From Alphaproteobacteria bacterium (GTDB taxonomy: Bacteria; Pseudomonadota; Alphaproteobacteria; RF32; CAG-239), in the NCBI GenBank assembly GCA_017479985.1, contig JAFVBL010000031.1:1-58554 (forward strand): a stretch of 58,554 bases of DNA, given 5' to 3'. Positions 26,663 through 36,130 of this stretch are shown piece by piece (within the stretch, counting starts at the first letter, position 1; each line of letters opens with the position of its first letter). Both the position numbers and the translations under genes were made by a program. Below the pieces are notes generated by a model. The model was not told the origin of the DNA, ran no database searches, and worked only from the letters and a program-made list of their open reading frames with translations.

Positions 26663-27281
26663 TTAAAGATCTTTCAAAAGTCCAAACATCGGTAATTTGT
26701 TGCACAAAATTTTCATCACCTTCAATAACTTCACCTTTGTCATTTTTCAGAATATTAACCTGTTCACTTTCAAATTCAACAACTATTTTGACGCTGTTTT
26801 TCAATAATTTAACGTCTTTTATCTCACTTTTCTTAAAGCCGATGAAATCAACTTCCGCCGTCATATTATTCTCTTTTCTGAAGGCGATAATCTGATTCAA
26901 TGCATCCCAAATTTTTTTGCTGACAAGACCTTTTATACTCTCAATATTTCCGGCACTGAATGCTTGCAAAATCATTTCAAAAACACGGCAAGCGCTTTGC
27001 AGAAAGCTTTTTTTATCAAACTCTTCGATTTTTGCAAGAGTCTTATCTTGATCGGATAATTGTTCAAAATCGACAATTTCCGCCGTTTTTTCTTCTTTTT
27101 GCGTTTCTTTGATTATCTGCACGATATTTTCCGCCAGTTTATTTTCCGAATCCTTATCAAGCGATTTGATTATAACGCGAACGTTTTTATCGTCTCCACG
27201 GGTACCAAAGGCGGCATAAAGGCGTGTTACAACAAAAGCAACTACAATCATCAAAAAAATTATATCAATAAAAGAGACCAT
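26613..27281 (-). CDS. Tim44/TimA-like domain protein
   Basis: N-terminal TM segment, FL..A..FEMI..AF and DVWTFER. smr-mltA-tim44-secB synteny. Confidence 0.9.
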   Translation of the reverse strand: MVSFIDIIFLMIVVAFVVTRLYAAFGTRGDDKNVRVIIKSLDKDSENKLAENIVQIIKETQKEEKTAEIVDFEQLSDQDKTLAKIEEFDKKSFLQSACRVFEMILQAFSAGNIESIKGLVSKKIWDALNQIIAFRKENNMTAEVDFIGFKKSEIKDVKLLKNSVKIVVEFESEQVNILKNDKGEVIEGDENFVQQITDVWTFERSLNAKNKNWLLVSTKKSA

Positions 27282-27410
27282 TTTATATTCCTTTTTCTAC
27301 ATTGTTCTACAAATATAATAACAAATTAAATTTTAATCAATACAAAATATTTGACGTAGCCGATTTTTCGTATTATTTCTTAATCACCATTCAGAAAAAA
27401 GGAGAAAAAA

Positions 27411-27902
27411 ATGGCAGAGAAAAAACAAAATACCGTAAATGCGGAACAGCCTCAGGGCTTGATGCTGCATACACAATATATTAAAGATTTATCTTTGGAA
27501 ATTCCGTTTGCACCGGAAATTTTTAAGGAAATTTCAAAACAAAATCCGCAAGTCGGCATAGACATCAATATTGCCAATAAGCCGCTGGAAGATGATATGT
27601 ATGAAGTTTCTTTGACGGCAAAGGTGAATGCTGATGTTGCCGATAAGAAATTGTTTATTTTGGAAGTGACTTATGCAACGGTTGCAACCGTGAAAGTTCC
27701 GGCAGAACATTTGGAACCGGTTTTGTATGTTGAATTGCCGCGCTTGTTGTTCCCGTTTGTTCGCAATATTGTGGCGACAAACTTAACGGAAGCCGGTTTG
27801 CCGCCGATGTTGATTACACCGATTGACTTTGTGGCGCTTTATCAGGCAAGAAAGGCTAAAGAGGCCGAAAACGCTGCTAAAGCGGAAAAAGAAAGCGCCT
27901 AA
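27411..27902 (+). CDS. secB: Protein export chaperone SecB
   Basis: QYIKDLSLE, PRLLFPFVR and PIDFVALY. Confidence 0.96.
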   Translation: MAEKKQNTVNAEQPQGLMLHTQYIKDLSLEIPFAPEIFKEISKQNPQVGIDINIANKPLEDDMYEVSLTAKVNADVADKKLFILEVTYATVATVKVPAEHLEPVLYVELPRLLFPFVRNIVATNLTEAGLPPMLITPIDFVALYQARKAKEAENAAKAEKESA

Positions 27903-27906
27903 ATCT

Positions 27907-28389
27907 ATGCGTCTGGCGTTGTATCAACCGGATATACCGCAAAATACGGGCACGCTCCTGCGTTTGGGAGCGTGTCTTGATTTGGCGGTGGATATTATTG
28001 AGCCGTGCGGTTTTCTGTTTAATGAAAAAGCAATGCGCCGTGCCGGTATGGATTATTTGGATTTTGCCAATTATCGCCGTCATAATTCGTGGGAAGATTT
28101 TTTGGTTTATCGCCAAGCGAATCCTGAAGAATACGGGCGTTTGGTTCTGCTTACGACACACGGAAAACAATCTTTTGTTGATTTTAAATTTCTACCGAAT
28201 GATATTATTTTAATGGGGCGAGAAAGTGCCGGTGTGCCGGAAAATGTGCATCAGATTGCCGATGCGCAACTGTTGATTCCGATGAATCCGAATGCACGCT
28301 CAATCAATATGGCTGTTTCCGCAGCAATGGCAATTACCGAAGGATTGCGGCAAACAAACGGATTTCCGAAAAAGCTCAATTATGATTAG
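27907..28389 (+). CDS. trmL: tRNA (cytidine/uridine-34 2'-O)-methyltransferase TrmL
   Basis: LYQPDIPQNTG, RRAGMDY, GRESAGVP and RSINMA (SPOUT). Start ATG 27907. Confidence 0.94.
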   Translation: MRLALYQPDIPQNTGTLLRLGACLDLAVDIIEPCGFLFNEKAMRRAGMDYLDFANYRRHNSWEDFLVYRQANPEEYGRLVLLTTHGKQSFVDFKFLPNDIILMGRESAGVPENVHQIADAQLLIPMNPNARSINMAVSAAMAITEGLRQTNGFPKKLNYD

Positions 28390-28504
28390 CGTATGATGTA
28401 TCGGATGCATTTTGCGCTGTCAGATGCGATAATAAGGTCATACCTCGCAGTGTGCCGTGCATCGGGTCGTTAAGGAAACAGACCTTTGTGTAGCGCTGAT
28501 TCTT
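28373..28504 (+). repeat. ~133-bp dispersed repeat, copy B (supplies the trmL stop codon)
   Basis: Aligns with 23656-23788. Confidence 0.9.
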
Positions 28505-28537
28505 CAGTTTATGTAAAAAGGCTTATCAATAAAATAT

Positions 28538-28566
28538 TTGACTTTCGTTTATGCGTGTGCTAATTT
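28538..28566 (+). promoter_or_regulatory. Putative sigma70 promoter (extended -10)
   Basis: TTGACT-N17-TAATTT with TG one base upstream of the -10. Confidence 0.6.
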
Positions 28567-28572
28567 TTTATT

Positions 28573-28800
28573 GCATCGGGTAAGTCCCCGATGTGAGGTT
28601 CGAAGACCTCAATAGGTTGTGTAGACATTAGATTATCTTTAATTCTACGCGTAAAAAGCTACTTTCTTGCATTGGCAGGAAGGTAGGAAATAAGGTGTCG
28701 CTCATTCGAGCGGCACCGAATACCTACGCTATACCTATTGTAGTTTTCGACTTCCTGCTATCTTTCTAAGATAGCTTTTTTTATCTGCAAGAAAGGAAAG
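28573..28800 (+). ncRNA. Structured leader with the same architecture as the HTH-cassette leaders (sequence-divergent)
   Basis: Hairpins 28573-28594 and 28595-28610. Cloverleaf closed by GGCAGGAAG/CTTCCTGCT (28674-28759). Terminator GCTATCTT/AAGATAGC plus T7 (28757-28782). Confidence 0.65.
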
Positions 28801-28803
28801 TTG

Positions 28804-29106
28804 ATGAAAAAATATCATATTATGAAAGCGGGCGAATTGGTACGTGTGGTCGAAGATGTGCGAAATGAGTATTTCTTATCGTATCAGGACAGTATGATTA
28901 TGTTGGCGTTGAATTATATGAGCGAATCGCAAAAATTACGGGTGTTGCGCTACATCGTTGAGTTGACCGGCGGCGCAATATTGAACGAAGTGCCGATGAA
29001 ACTGCCGGAAAAAGAAAACGAGGCAAAGTATTTGCGTATTTGCACCAAATGCGGTAACTTGCGCACAGATGATGAGGAACCGAGGTGTATCGAATACCAC
29101 CGATAA
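28804..29106 (+). CDS. Small hypothetical protein with C-terminal CxxC
   Basis: AAGGA RBS, 100 aa and CTKC...C..H near the C-terminus. Confidence 0.65.
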   Translation: MKKYHIMKAGELVRVVEDVRNEYFLSYQDSMIMLALNYMSESQKLRVLRYIVELTGGAILNEVPMKLPEKENEAKYLRICTKCGNLRTDDEEPRCIEYHR

Positions 29107-29248
29107 TTCTATTTTTTTGGGGCTCTATTAAATGACTTTGTTAAAAACTTTTCAGCAAATTTATAAAATAAAACGTTTTGTAAAAAGTTCTTGATTTTTG
29201 TCTACGTTTGGTGTAATATAATCATATATAAGACCGATGAGGAGAAAA

Positions 29249-30307
29249 ATGATGTCCATAAAAGATGATATTAAAAATATGAAAGATAAATTGTTGCTGA
29301 CAGGTATATTGACGGCGGTGTCTTTGAGTGGTAATGCGCAGACGTCGTTTCAGCGCTATCAATCACAAAAACAGAAAGAGTCAACGGAATATAATGCGCA
29401 GAAAGCTCAGCAAATGCAAGATTATAAAGATGCTAAAACGGCGCAATTTAATGCATACGCGAATGGTTCGAGAACATCTGGAGAAGAAATGGTTCCAATG
29501 GTGGATCAACCTGTGGAGACAGGTGTCTCTAAGGCGTGGGTGTCTTGTTACCCTGTTGCAGAGATTTTGAAAATCAATATCAAAGTGGCAGAAGAATCTC
29601 CCGACGGTTCAATGTATTATTACAGCGGGGACAACGGAGTTGCTCTCAAAGCTACCGATGGTAAGTATTACGGAGCGGTTTTAGAAGATGACGGAATACA
29701 TTATTATGAAACTTCCATGAATGAGACCGATACAAAAACAGAAATAAACAATCAAGGGATTCAAAATGCTTTGGCAAAGGTAAATGAGAGATACGGCGAT
29801 GCCGGTTCAGCCTTTTCGCAAGCTTTGCAACAAGTCCAAACTCAAGCACGGACGCAACAAACAACAATAAATGCGTCTCAGGACAATACGCAATGGCAAA
29901 CCATTCAAAATGAACACGGTCAAATCCAATATGCATTTACCGAAGCCGGAATAAAACTTTCTGGAAATATACATATTGATGTCAGTGAACTGATGCCGAC
30001 AAAAACATTTTATAATAAGAAGACAAAGATATATACTGTCGGAACTTCGCAGTCTCATTTTCAAACTCAGGCGCGGAACAATGAAGAACAAAAAATCAGA
30101 ACTCTTGTTGTTCATAATGACATATATAAAGATTTACAACAGCAGCAAAAGGCAGGTAAAATATTGAATACGCAAGAGAGCCGTTTTATGCAGCAACATA
30201 TTAAGGATTTGGCAAAAGAAGGAATTAGTATGAATGCACAGGGCAAATTGATTCAGACAAACAACTATGCAGCCAATACACAGATAAATGGTGGTATGAC
30301 ACGGTAG
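29249..30307 (+). CDS. Hypothetical secreted Gln/Thr-rich protein
   Basis: GAGGAG RBS and signal-like LLLTGILTAVSLSGNAQ. Confidence 0.7.
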   Translation: MMSIKDDIKNMKDKLLLTGILTAVSLSGNAQTSFQRYQSQKQKESTEYNAQKAQQMQDYKDAKTAQFNAYANGSRTSGEEMVPMVDQPVETGVSKAWVSCYPVAEILKINIKVAEESPDGSMYYYSGDNGVALKATDGKYYGAVLEDDGIHYYETSMNETDTKTEINNQGIQNALAKVNERYGDAGSAFSQALQQVQTQARTQQTTINASQDNTQWQTIQNEHGQIQYAFTEAGIKLSGNIHIDVSELMPTKTFYNKKTKIYTVGTSQSHFQTQARNNEEQKIRTLVVHNDIYKDLQQQQKAGKILNTQESRFMQQHIKDLAKEGISMNAQGKLIQTNNYAANTQINGGMTR

Positions 30308-30328
30308 ATAAAAGTGTATCGGACAGAT

Positions 30329-30383
30329 TTATTACTAAAAAAACACCATCAAGAAATTATTGATGGTGTTTTTTTAGTAATAA
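30329..30383. terminator. Perfect 24-bp inverted repeat; bidirectional terminator
   Basis: TTATTACTAAAAAAACACCATCAA-N7-TTGATGGTGTTTTTTTAGTAATAA between convergent genes. Confidence 0.8.
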
Positions 30384-30420
30384 GTTGTTGGTGTTGGCGG
30401 TTATCAATATTTTGCTGAAA

Positions 30421-32886
30421 TTATTTTTTGGCGGTGACGATTTTTATGGCTTCTTCCGCTGTCAGTTCACTCGGAGCATAGCCTTTCGGAATGGCATAAT
30501 TGTTGCGTCCGCATTTCAAATACATTCCGTATCGACCTTTGCTTAACACAATATCTTCCTTTGTTTTCGGATGCTTGGCCAAAACTTTCGGTTCCGGCTT
30601 GGCAATCGCGTGCTGCAATATTTCCGCAGCGCGTTCCGGCGTGATGTTGAAAATATTATCCGTACCGGTCAGAGATTTAGATTTTGTGCCTTGTTTGACG
30701 TATTGCCCGAATTTGCCGATGTTGACTTCAATACCGTTGCCTAAATCGCGCGGCAGAGAAATTAAAATTTCCGCCTGCTTCGGTGTCAGTTCTTCCGGCT
30801 TAACAAACTTAGGCAGAGCAACACGTTTCGGTTTTTCTGTGGTGGCGGTGGCATCTTCGCCGAGCTGAACATAAAAACCGTACGGGCCTTTTTTGAGATA
30901 TACATTCATATCATTGTATTGACACATCAGCTTATTTTCATTTTGCGTCGGACGAATCGCTGTATCGGTTGCATCTTTTTGCTCTTCTTCTTTGGTATCT
31001 GTCAACGGTTTGGTGTAACTGCATTCCGGATAATTCGAACAGCCCAAAAAAGCGCCGTATTTACCGAATTTTATGCTGAGATGTCCGGTATGACACTGCG
31101 GACAACTGCGAGGGTCCGAACCGTCTTCGCGCGGCGGAAACAGGTGTGCCGAAAGTGCCTCATCAATACGGTTGATAACTTCACTCAGCTGCAGCGGTTG
31201 AACACTTTCCACCGTTTTGATGAACTTTGCCCAAAAACCGCCGAGGAGTTTTTTCCATTCCATATTGCCGGCAGAAACGTCATCGAGAAATTCTTCCAAT
31301 TGTGCCGTAAAATCGTATTCCACATATTTTTTGAAAAAATTCTCCAAAAATACGGTTACAATGCGCCCGCGGTCTTCCGGAATAAAGCGCAGTTTTTCGA
31401 CCTTTACGTATTTTCGCTCCTGTAATACGGCAATAATATTGGCATAAGTCGACGGACGCCCGATACCGAGTTCTTCAAGCTTTTTAACCAAACTTGCTTC
31501 GGTAAAGCGCGGCGGCGGCGTGGTAAAGTGTTGCGTCGGTTTTATTTCGCCTTTGCTGACTTTTTCGCCGGTCTCGACATTCGGCAGAATAACATTGTCA
31601 TCATCTTCGTCCGAATCGTCTTTGCTCTCTTGATACAGTTTTAAGAAACCGTCAAATTGAATAACTTGTCCGGTGGCGCGCAGCAATATTTTTTCGTCTG
31701 CCGATTTGGCATCGACCACAACTTTATCGAGAATCGCCGGATTCATCTGACAGGCAACGGTACGTTTCCAAATCAATTCATAAAGTTTGTGCGCGTCGGA
31801 ATCCAGTTTGAGTTCCATTTTTTTCGGGGTATTCATCACATCGGACGGACGGATTGCCTCGTGTGCTTCCTGTGCGTTTTTGGTTTTGTTTTTATATTCT
31901 TTGGCGGTTTTCGGCAAATATGGTGCTCCGAAATATTTTTCAATTGCTTCGCGGCACGCCTTTATCGCATCTTTGGAAAGATTGACGGCATCGGTACGCA
32001 TATAAGTGATAAAACCGTCTTCATACAGTTTTTGTGCCACCTGCATCGTTTTTTTGGCTGAAAAGCGTAATTTACGCGCCGCTTCTTGTTGCAAGGTGGA
32101 GGTTGTAAACGGCGGCGCCGGATAGCGGCTGGCTTTTTTGCGCTCTACGTTGTCAATATGGAAATCCTGTGCTTCGATTTTGGCTTTGGCGTCGGCAGCT
32201 TTTTCTGCCGTGTTTAGTGTAAATTTAGCTAATTTTTTGCCGTCGAGATTGATGAGATGTGTCAGCATTTGCGCATTGTTTTGTGTCAGTAAATTGACAT
32301 CAACCGTCCAATATTCTTCCGGCTTAAATTTTTCGATTTCGTTTTCACGTTCGCAAATCAGACGCAAGGCGACCGATTGTACGCGTCCGGCAGACTTGGA
32401 ACCCGGCAGTTTGCGCCACAAAACCGGTGAAAGCGTAAAGCCCACCAAATAGTCAAGCGCACGCCGCGCCATATAGGCACTGACCAAATCTTGGTCAATT
32501 TCACGCGGATTTTCGATACCTTCTTTAACAGCAGATTTTGTGATTTCGTGGAAAACAACACGCTCTATTTTTTTACCGCTCAGTTTCTTTTTTTCTTTAA
32601 GTTCTTCCAAAATATGCCACGCAATCGCTTCTCCTTCTCTATCCGGGTCGGAGGCGAGAATCAATGTGTCACAGTCTTTTAGGGCGGCAATAATATCGTT
32701 GAGGTGTTTGCGGCCGGCGGCGCTGAACTCCCATTGCATTGCAAAATCGTGTTCAGGGTCAACCGAACCGTCTTTGCTCGGCAAATCGCGAATATGTCCG
32801 TAGCTGGCCAGAACTTTGTAGTCCGAACCCAGATACTTGTTGATTGTTTTGGCTTTTGCCGGAGATTCCACAACGACTAATTTCAT
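30421..32886 (-). CDS. topA: DNA topoisomerase I
   Basis: VVESPAKAK, DPDREGE, SAGRVQS, ITYMRTD, AHEAIRP and a zinc ribbon. Confidence 0.98.
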   Translation of the reverse strand: MKLVVVESPAKAKTINKYLGSDYKVLASYGHIRDLPSKDGSVDPEHDFAMQWEFSAAGRKHLNDIIAALKDCDTLILASDPDREGEAIAWHILEELKEKKKLSGKKIERVVFHEITKSAVKEGIENPREIDQDLVSAYMARRALDYLVGFTLSPVLWRKLPGSKSAGRVQSVALRLICERENEIEKFKPEEYWTVDVNLLTQNNAQMLTHLINLDGKKLAKFTLNTAEKAADAKAKIEAQDFHIDNVERKKASRYPAPPFTTSTLQQEAARKLRFSAKKTMQVAQKLYEDGFITYMRTDAVNLSKDAIKACREAIEKYFGAPYLPKTAKEYKNKTKNAQEAHEAIRPSDVMNTPKKMELKLDSDAHKLYELIWKRTVACQMNPAILDKVVVDAKSADEKILLRATGQVIQFDGFLKLYQESKDDSDEDDDNVILPNVETGEKVSKGEIKPTQHFTTPPPRFTEASLVKKLEELGIGRPSTYANIIAVLQERKYVKVEKLRFIPEDRGRIVTVFLENFFKKYVEYDFTAQLEEFLDDVSAGNMEWKKLLGGFWAKFIKTVESVQPLQLSEVINRIDEALSAHLFPPREDGSDPRSCPQCHTGHLSIKFGKYGAFLGCSNYPECSYTKPLTDTKEEEQKDATDTAIRPTQNENKLMCQYNDMNVYLKKGPYGFYVQLGEDATATTEKPKRVALPKFVKPEELTPKQAEILISLPRDLGNGIEVNIGKFGQYVKQGTKSKSLTGTDNIFNITPERAAEILQHAIAKPEPKVLAKHPKTKEDIVLSKGRYGMYLKCGRNNYAIPKGYAPSELTAEEAIKIVTAKK

Positions 32887-32890
32887 TTTT

Positions 32891-34024
32891 CTATCCTTTT
32901 ATTTTTGCCACTTTGTTGCCGGCGTGCCGTTCGATTTTGCCCGAAAATTCCAAATCAAGAATCTGTGCAAAAAACTCGGATTGCGGCAGACCGCAAGTGC
33001 GTAACAATTCGTCAATATCAACGCCTTCGTACGAAATCAAATCAATCAGCCTGACATTTTCCGCAGGTGTTTCTGAAGTTGAAATCGCTGTTTCTTTATG
33101 TGCAGAAATATTTACTTGATTTTTCGGTTTGTCAAGAGGCAGTTGCAAAGTTTTTTGTTCTTTTATGGCACGATTTTGCCGCATACTTAATACATTAAGT
33201 ATATCATCGGAATTTTCCGTCAGCAATGCGCCTTCTTTAATAAGTCTGTTCGGACCGGCAGAACGCGGTTCCATCGGCGAACCGGGAACGGCAAAAATTT
33301 CTTTGCCTTGTTCAAGCGCCAATTTTGCCGTAATCAGCGAGCCGGAATTTACACTTGCTTCAACCACAAGTGTTGCCTCTGTCAGCGCGGCAATAATTCG
33401 GTTGCGGCGCGGAAAATTCGACACCTGCGCTGCCGTGCCGAGCGGAAACTCCGAAATCAGCAGTCCGTTTTCGCAAATATTATGATAAAGTTCCGTGTTT
33501 TCGGTCGGATACGGAATATCGATGCCGGTACCGAGAACAGCTATGGTGGCACCTTTTTGCTCTTTGGCATAAAGTGCGCCTTTGTGGGCGGCGGCATCGA
33601 TTCCGCGTGCCATACCCGAAACAACCAGAACATCGGCTTCGGTTAAGTCGTATGCAATACGTGAGGCCATTTTTCGTCCGCCGATTGAGGCATTGCGTGC
33701 GCCTACAATCGATACGGAAACGGGGTAATTCAGCAAATCAATACGCCCCGACGCATATAATACGGGTGGTGCATCGTTCAGTTCAAGGAGATTTTGCGGA
33801 TATCTTTTGTCTTGATATGATATGATTTCTGCGCCGATTTTTGTTGCTTTTTCAAGTTCTATTCCCGCCATTTCACGCGGATAAAGCGCGCGTTTTTGCG
33901 CCATAAGATTTAAGGCATTTTTTATATTGCCGGCTTTTTTAATACAGTTATAAAACGTAATCGGACCGACTCCGTCTGTGTTAATCAGCTGTAATATATC
34001 AAGTAATTCGTCGTTTTTTGCCAT
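32891..34024 (-). CDS. dprA: DNA-processing protein DprA
   Basis: IVGAR, VSGMARGID, FPRRNRII, SGSLITA and FAVPG. Confidence 0.96.
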   Translation of the reverse strand: MAKNDELLDILQLINTDGVGPITFYNCIKKAGNIKNALNLMAQKRALYPREMAGIELEKATKIGAEIISYQDKRYPQNLLELNDAPPVLYASGRIDLLNYPVSVSIVGARNASIGGRKMASRIAYDLTEADVLVVSGMARGIDAAAHKGALYAKEQKGATIAVLGTGIDIPYPTENTELYHNICENGLLISEFPLGTAAQVSNFPRRNRIIAALTEATLVVEASVNSGSLITAKLALEQGKEIFAVPGSPMEPRSAGPNRLIKEGALLTENSDDILNVLSMRQNRAIKEQKTLQLPLDKPKNQVNISAHKETAISTSETPAENVRLIDLISYEGVDIDELLRTCGLPQSEFFAQILDLEFSGKIERHAGNKVAKIKG

Positions 34025-34653
34025 TATTTTTTCTTGAAGCTGATTTTGCTTTCTTCACCTTTGAGCAGCCGCGCAATATTTGCGTGATGGCGAATGATGA
34101 CCAACAGCGCCAATGCAGAATAAAATACGGCATAAATCGGCGGGCACATAAACCACGCGATTAACGGCATTGCGGCAGCGGCGGTAAGCGCAGATAACGA
34201 CGAATATCGAAATGTAAATGCCATCGTTAACCAAATACCGAGCGCAATCAGTGCAACATAAGGTTGTGTCAGTAAAATAAAGCCGAATGCGGAAGCAACG
34301 CCTTTACCGCCTTTGAATTTGAGCCAAATCGGAAAATTATGCCCCAAAACACCGAATGTTCCGGCAATCAGCGATGCCAAATCTTTCAGTCCGGCTGTTT
34401 GTCCGTCAAAATATAATTCCGGTGACAATTTATAAGCGGCAAACGCCGCCAAACCGGCTTTGAGTGCGTCTAAAATAACGGTTAAAAGTGCGAGCCATTT
34501 GTTGCCGGTGCGTAAGACATTGGTGGCGCCGATATTATGGGAGCCGATTTTGCGAATATCACCGTATCCGGCCAAATAACAGAGAACCAACCCAAAAGGA
34601 ATTGAGCCGGCAAGGTAGCCGCCGAGGGCGCATAAAATAAGAAATAATATCAT
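34024..34653 (-). CDS. plsY: Glycerol-3-phosphate acyltransferase PlsY
   Basis: GSIPFG, GSHNIGATN, GH.FP..FKGGKGVA and RHHANI. Confidence 0.96.
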   Translation of the reverse strand: MILFLILCALGGYLAGSIPFGLVLCYLAGYGDIRKIGSHNIGATNVLRTGNKWLALLTVILDALKAGLAAFAAYKLSPELYFDGQTAGLKDLASLIAGTFGVLGHNFPIWLKFKGGKGVASAFGFILLTQPYVALIALGIWLTMAFTFRYSSLSALTAAAAMPLIAWFMCPPIYAVFYSALALLVIIRHHANIARLLKGEESKISFKKK

Positions 34654-34833
34654 TTTTGCATCTCCTTATTGAAGTTAATTGTTTTGTACCCGAAATAAAA
34701 AATATTTTCAACTATATTTTTTGTGCCGATTTGCAAATTATAAAAATTCTGTTGAAACCGTGTAAAATAATAATGACAACACAAATAAAATGTTTAACAT
34801 ACAGTTTAGATTTTAAATAAAACAGAGTGGAAA

Positions 34834-35544
34834 ATGAAACCTTTATACAAGAGGATATTGCTGAAATTATCGGGTGAAGGTCTGGCCGGTGCCGGAAAAA
34901 GCGGTATTGATGCGGAGATTGTTATCCGTTTGGCGCGTGAGATTGCGGAAATTCGCAACTCGGGTGTCGATGTTTGTCTGGTTATCGGCGGCGGTAATTT
35001 CTTTCGCGGGGCAAAAGGTATCGGCGATTTTACGGACCGCAGCGTGGCAGATCAAATCGGTATGATGGCAACGGTGATGAATGCGCTTGTGTTAAAATCC
35101 GCTCTGAACAAAACAGGTTGTGCGGCAACGGTTTATTCGGGGCTGAATGTGCCTCAGGCGTGTGAACTGTACAGTTTTCGCAAAGCAATGCAATCACTTG
35201 AAAATAAGGAAATCGTGATTTTTGCCGGCGGAACGGGCAGCCCGTATTTTACGACCGATACCGGCGCCGTTTTGCGCGCCGCGGAGATGCATTGCGATGT
35301 GGTGATGAAAGCAACGCAGGTTGACGGTGTTTACGATTCTGACCCGCGCGTTAATCCGAATGCTGTTCGTTTTGATGAAATAAGCTATGATGAAGCTGTG
35401 GCAAAACATCTGAATGTGATGGATATGACGGCAATAACAATGGCTCGTGAAACAAAAATGCCGATTATGATTTTTGCTCAGGCACAAGAAAATGCATTGC
35501 TTAAAGCGGTATGTAATCAGGTGAAACACACAATTATAAAGTAA
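34834..35544 (+). CDS. pyrH: UMP kinase
   Basis: LLKLSGE, GGGNFFRG, PYFTTD and DGVYDSDP. Confidence 0.97.
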   Translation: MKPLYKRILLKLSGEGLAGAGKSGIDAEIVIRLAREIAEIRNSGVDVCLVIGGGNFFRGAKGIGDFTDRSVADQIGMMATVMNALVLKSALNKTGCAATVYSGLNVPQACELYSFRKAMQSLENKEIVIFAGGTGSPYFTTDTGAVLRAAEMHCDVVMKATQVDGVYDSDPRVNPNAVRFDEISYDEAVAKHLNVMDMTAITMARETKMPIMIFAQAQENALLKAVCNQVKHTIIK

Positions 35545-35557
35545 AAAAGAGGGAAAA

Positions 35558-36121
35558 ATGACAGATTATAATTCGATGAAAGCAGATACTTTGGAAAGAA
35601 TGGATAAGACTCTCGAATCGCTTAAAGGCGATTTCGGCGGATTGCGTGCCGGTCGGGCACACGCCAGTCTTTTGGACGGTATTTTGGTTGAAGCGTACGG
35701 CAGTATGTCGCCGATTAGTCAGGTCGGGACGGTAAGTGTTCCCGATGCGCGCACATTATCGGTCAGTGTTTGGGATAAGTCGTTGCTGAAAAATGTTGAA
35801 AAGGCTTTGCGTGAGAGCGATTTGGGATTGAACCCGATGAATGACGGACAGACGATTCGTATTCCGATTCCGCCGCTGAGTGAAGAACGTCGTAAAGAGC
35901 TGGTCAAAATTGCCGGCAAATATGCCGAACAGGGAAAGGTGGCAATTCGGAATATTCGGCGCGATGCTATGGACGAAGTTAAAAAAATGAAAAAAGATTC
36001 GCTGATTTCCGAAGATGATGAAAAGAAGTATAATAACGATATTCAAAAATGGACCGATGATGCCGTGAAGAAGATTGATGAACAATACGAGGCAAAAGAA
36101 AAAGATATTATGCAGGTATAA
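35558..36121 (+). CDS. frr: Ribosome recycling factor
   Basis: RAGRA, PPLSEERRKEL and AIRNIRRD. Confidence 0.97.
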   Translation: MTDYNSMKADTLERMDKTLESLKGDFGGLRAGRAHASLLDGILVEAYGSMSPISQVGTVSVPDARTLSVSVWDKSLLKNVEKALRESDLGLNPMNDGQTIRIPIPPLSEERRKELVKIAGKYAEQGKVAIRNIRRDAMDEVKKMKKDSLISEDDEKKYNNDIQKWTDDAVKKIDEQYEAKEKDIMQV

Positions 36122-36130
36122 GGTGTCAAA

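Noticed and set aside
30329-30383. 24-bp perfect inverted repeat as a mobile-element end
   Set aside because: It is single-copy in the window and lies between convergent genes, so a bidirectional terminator explains it.
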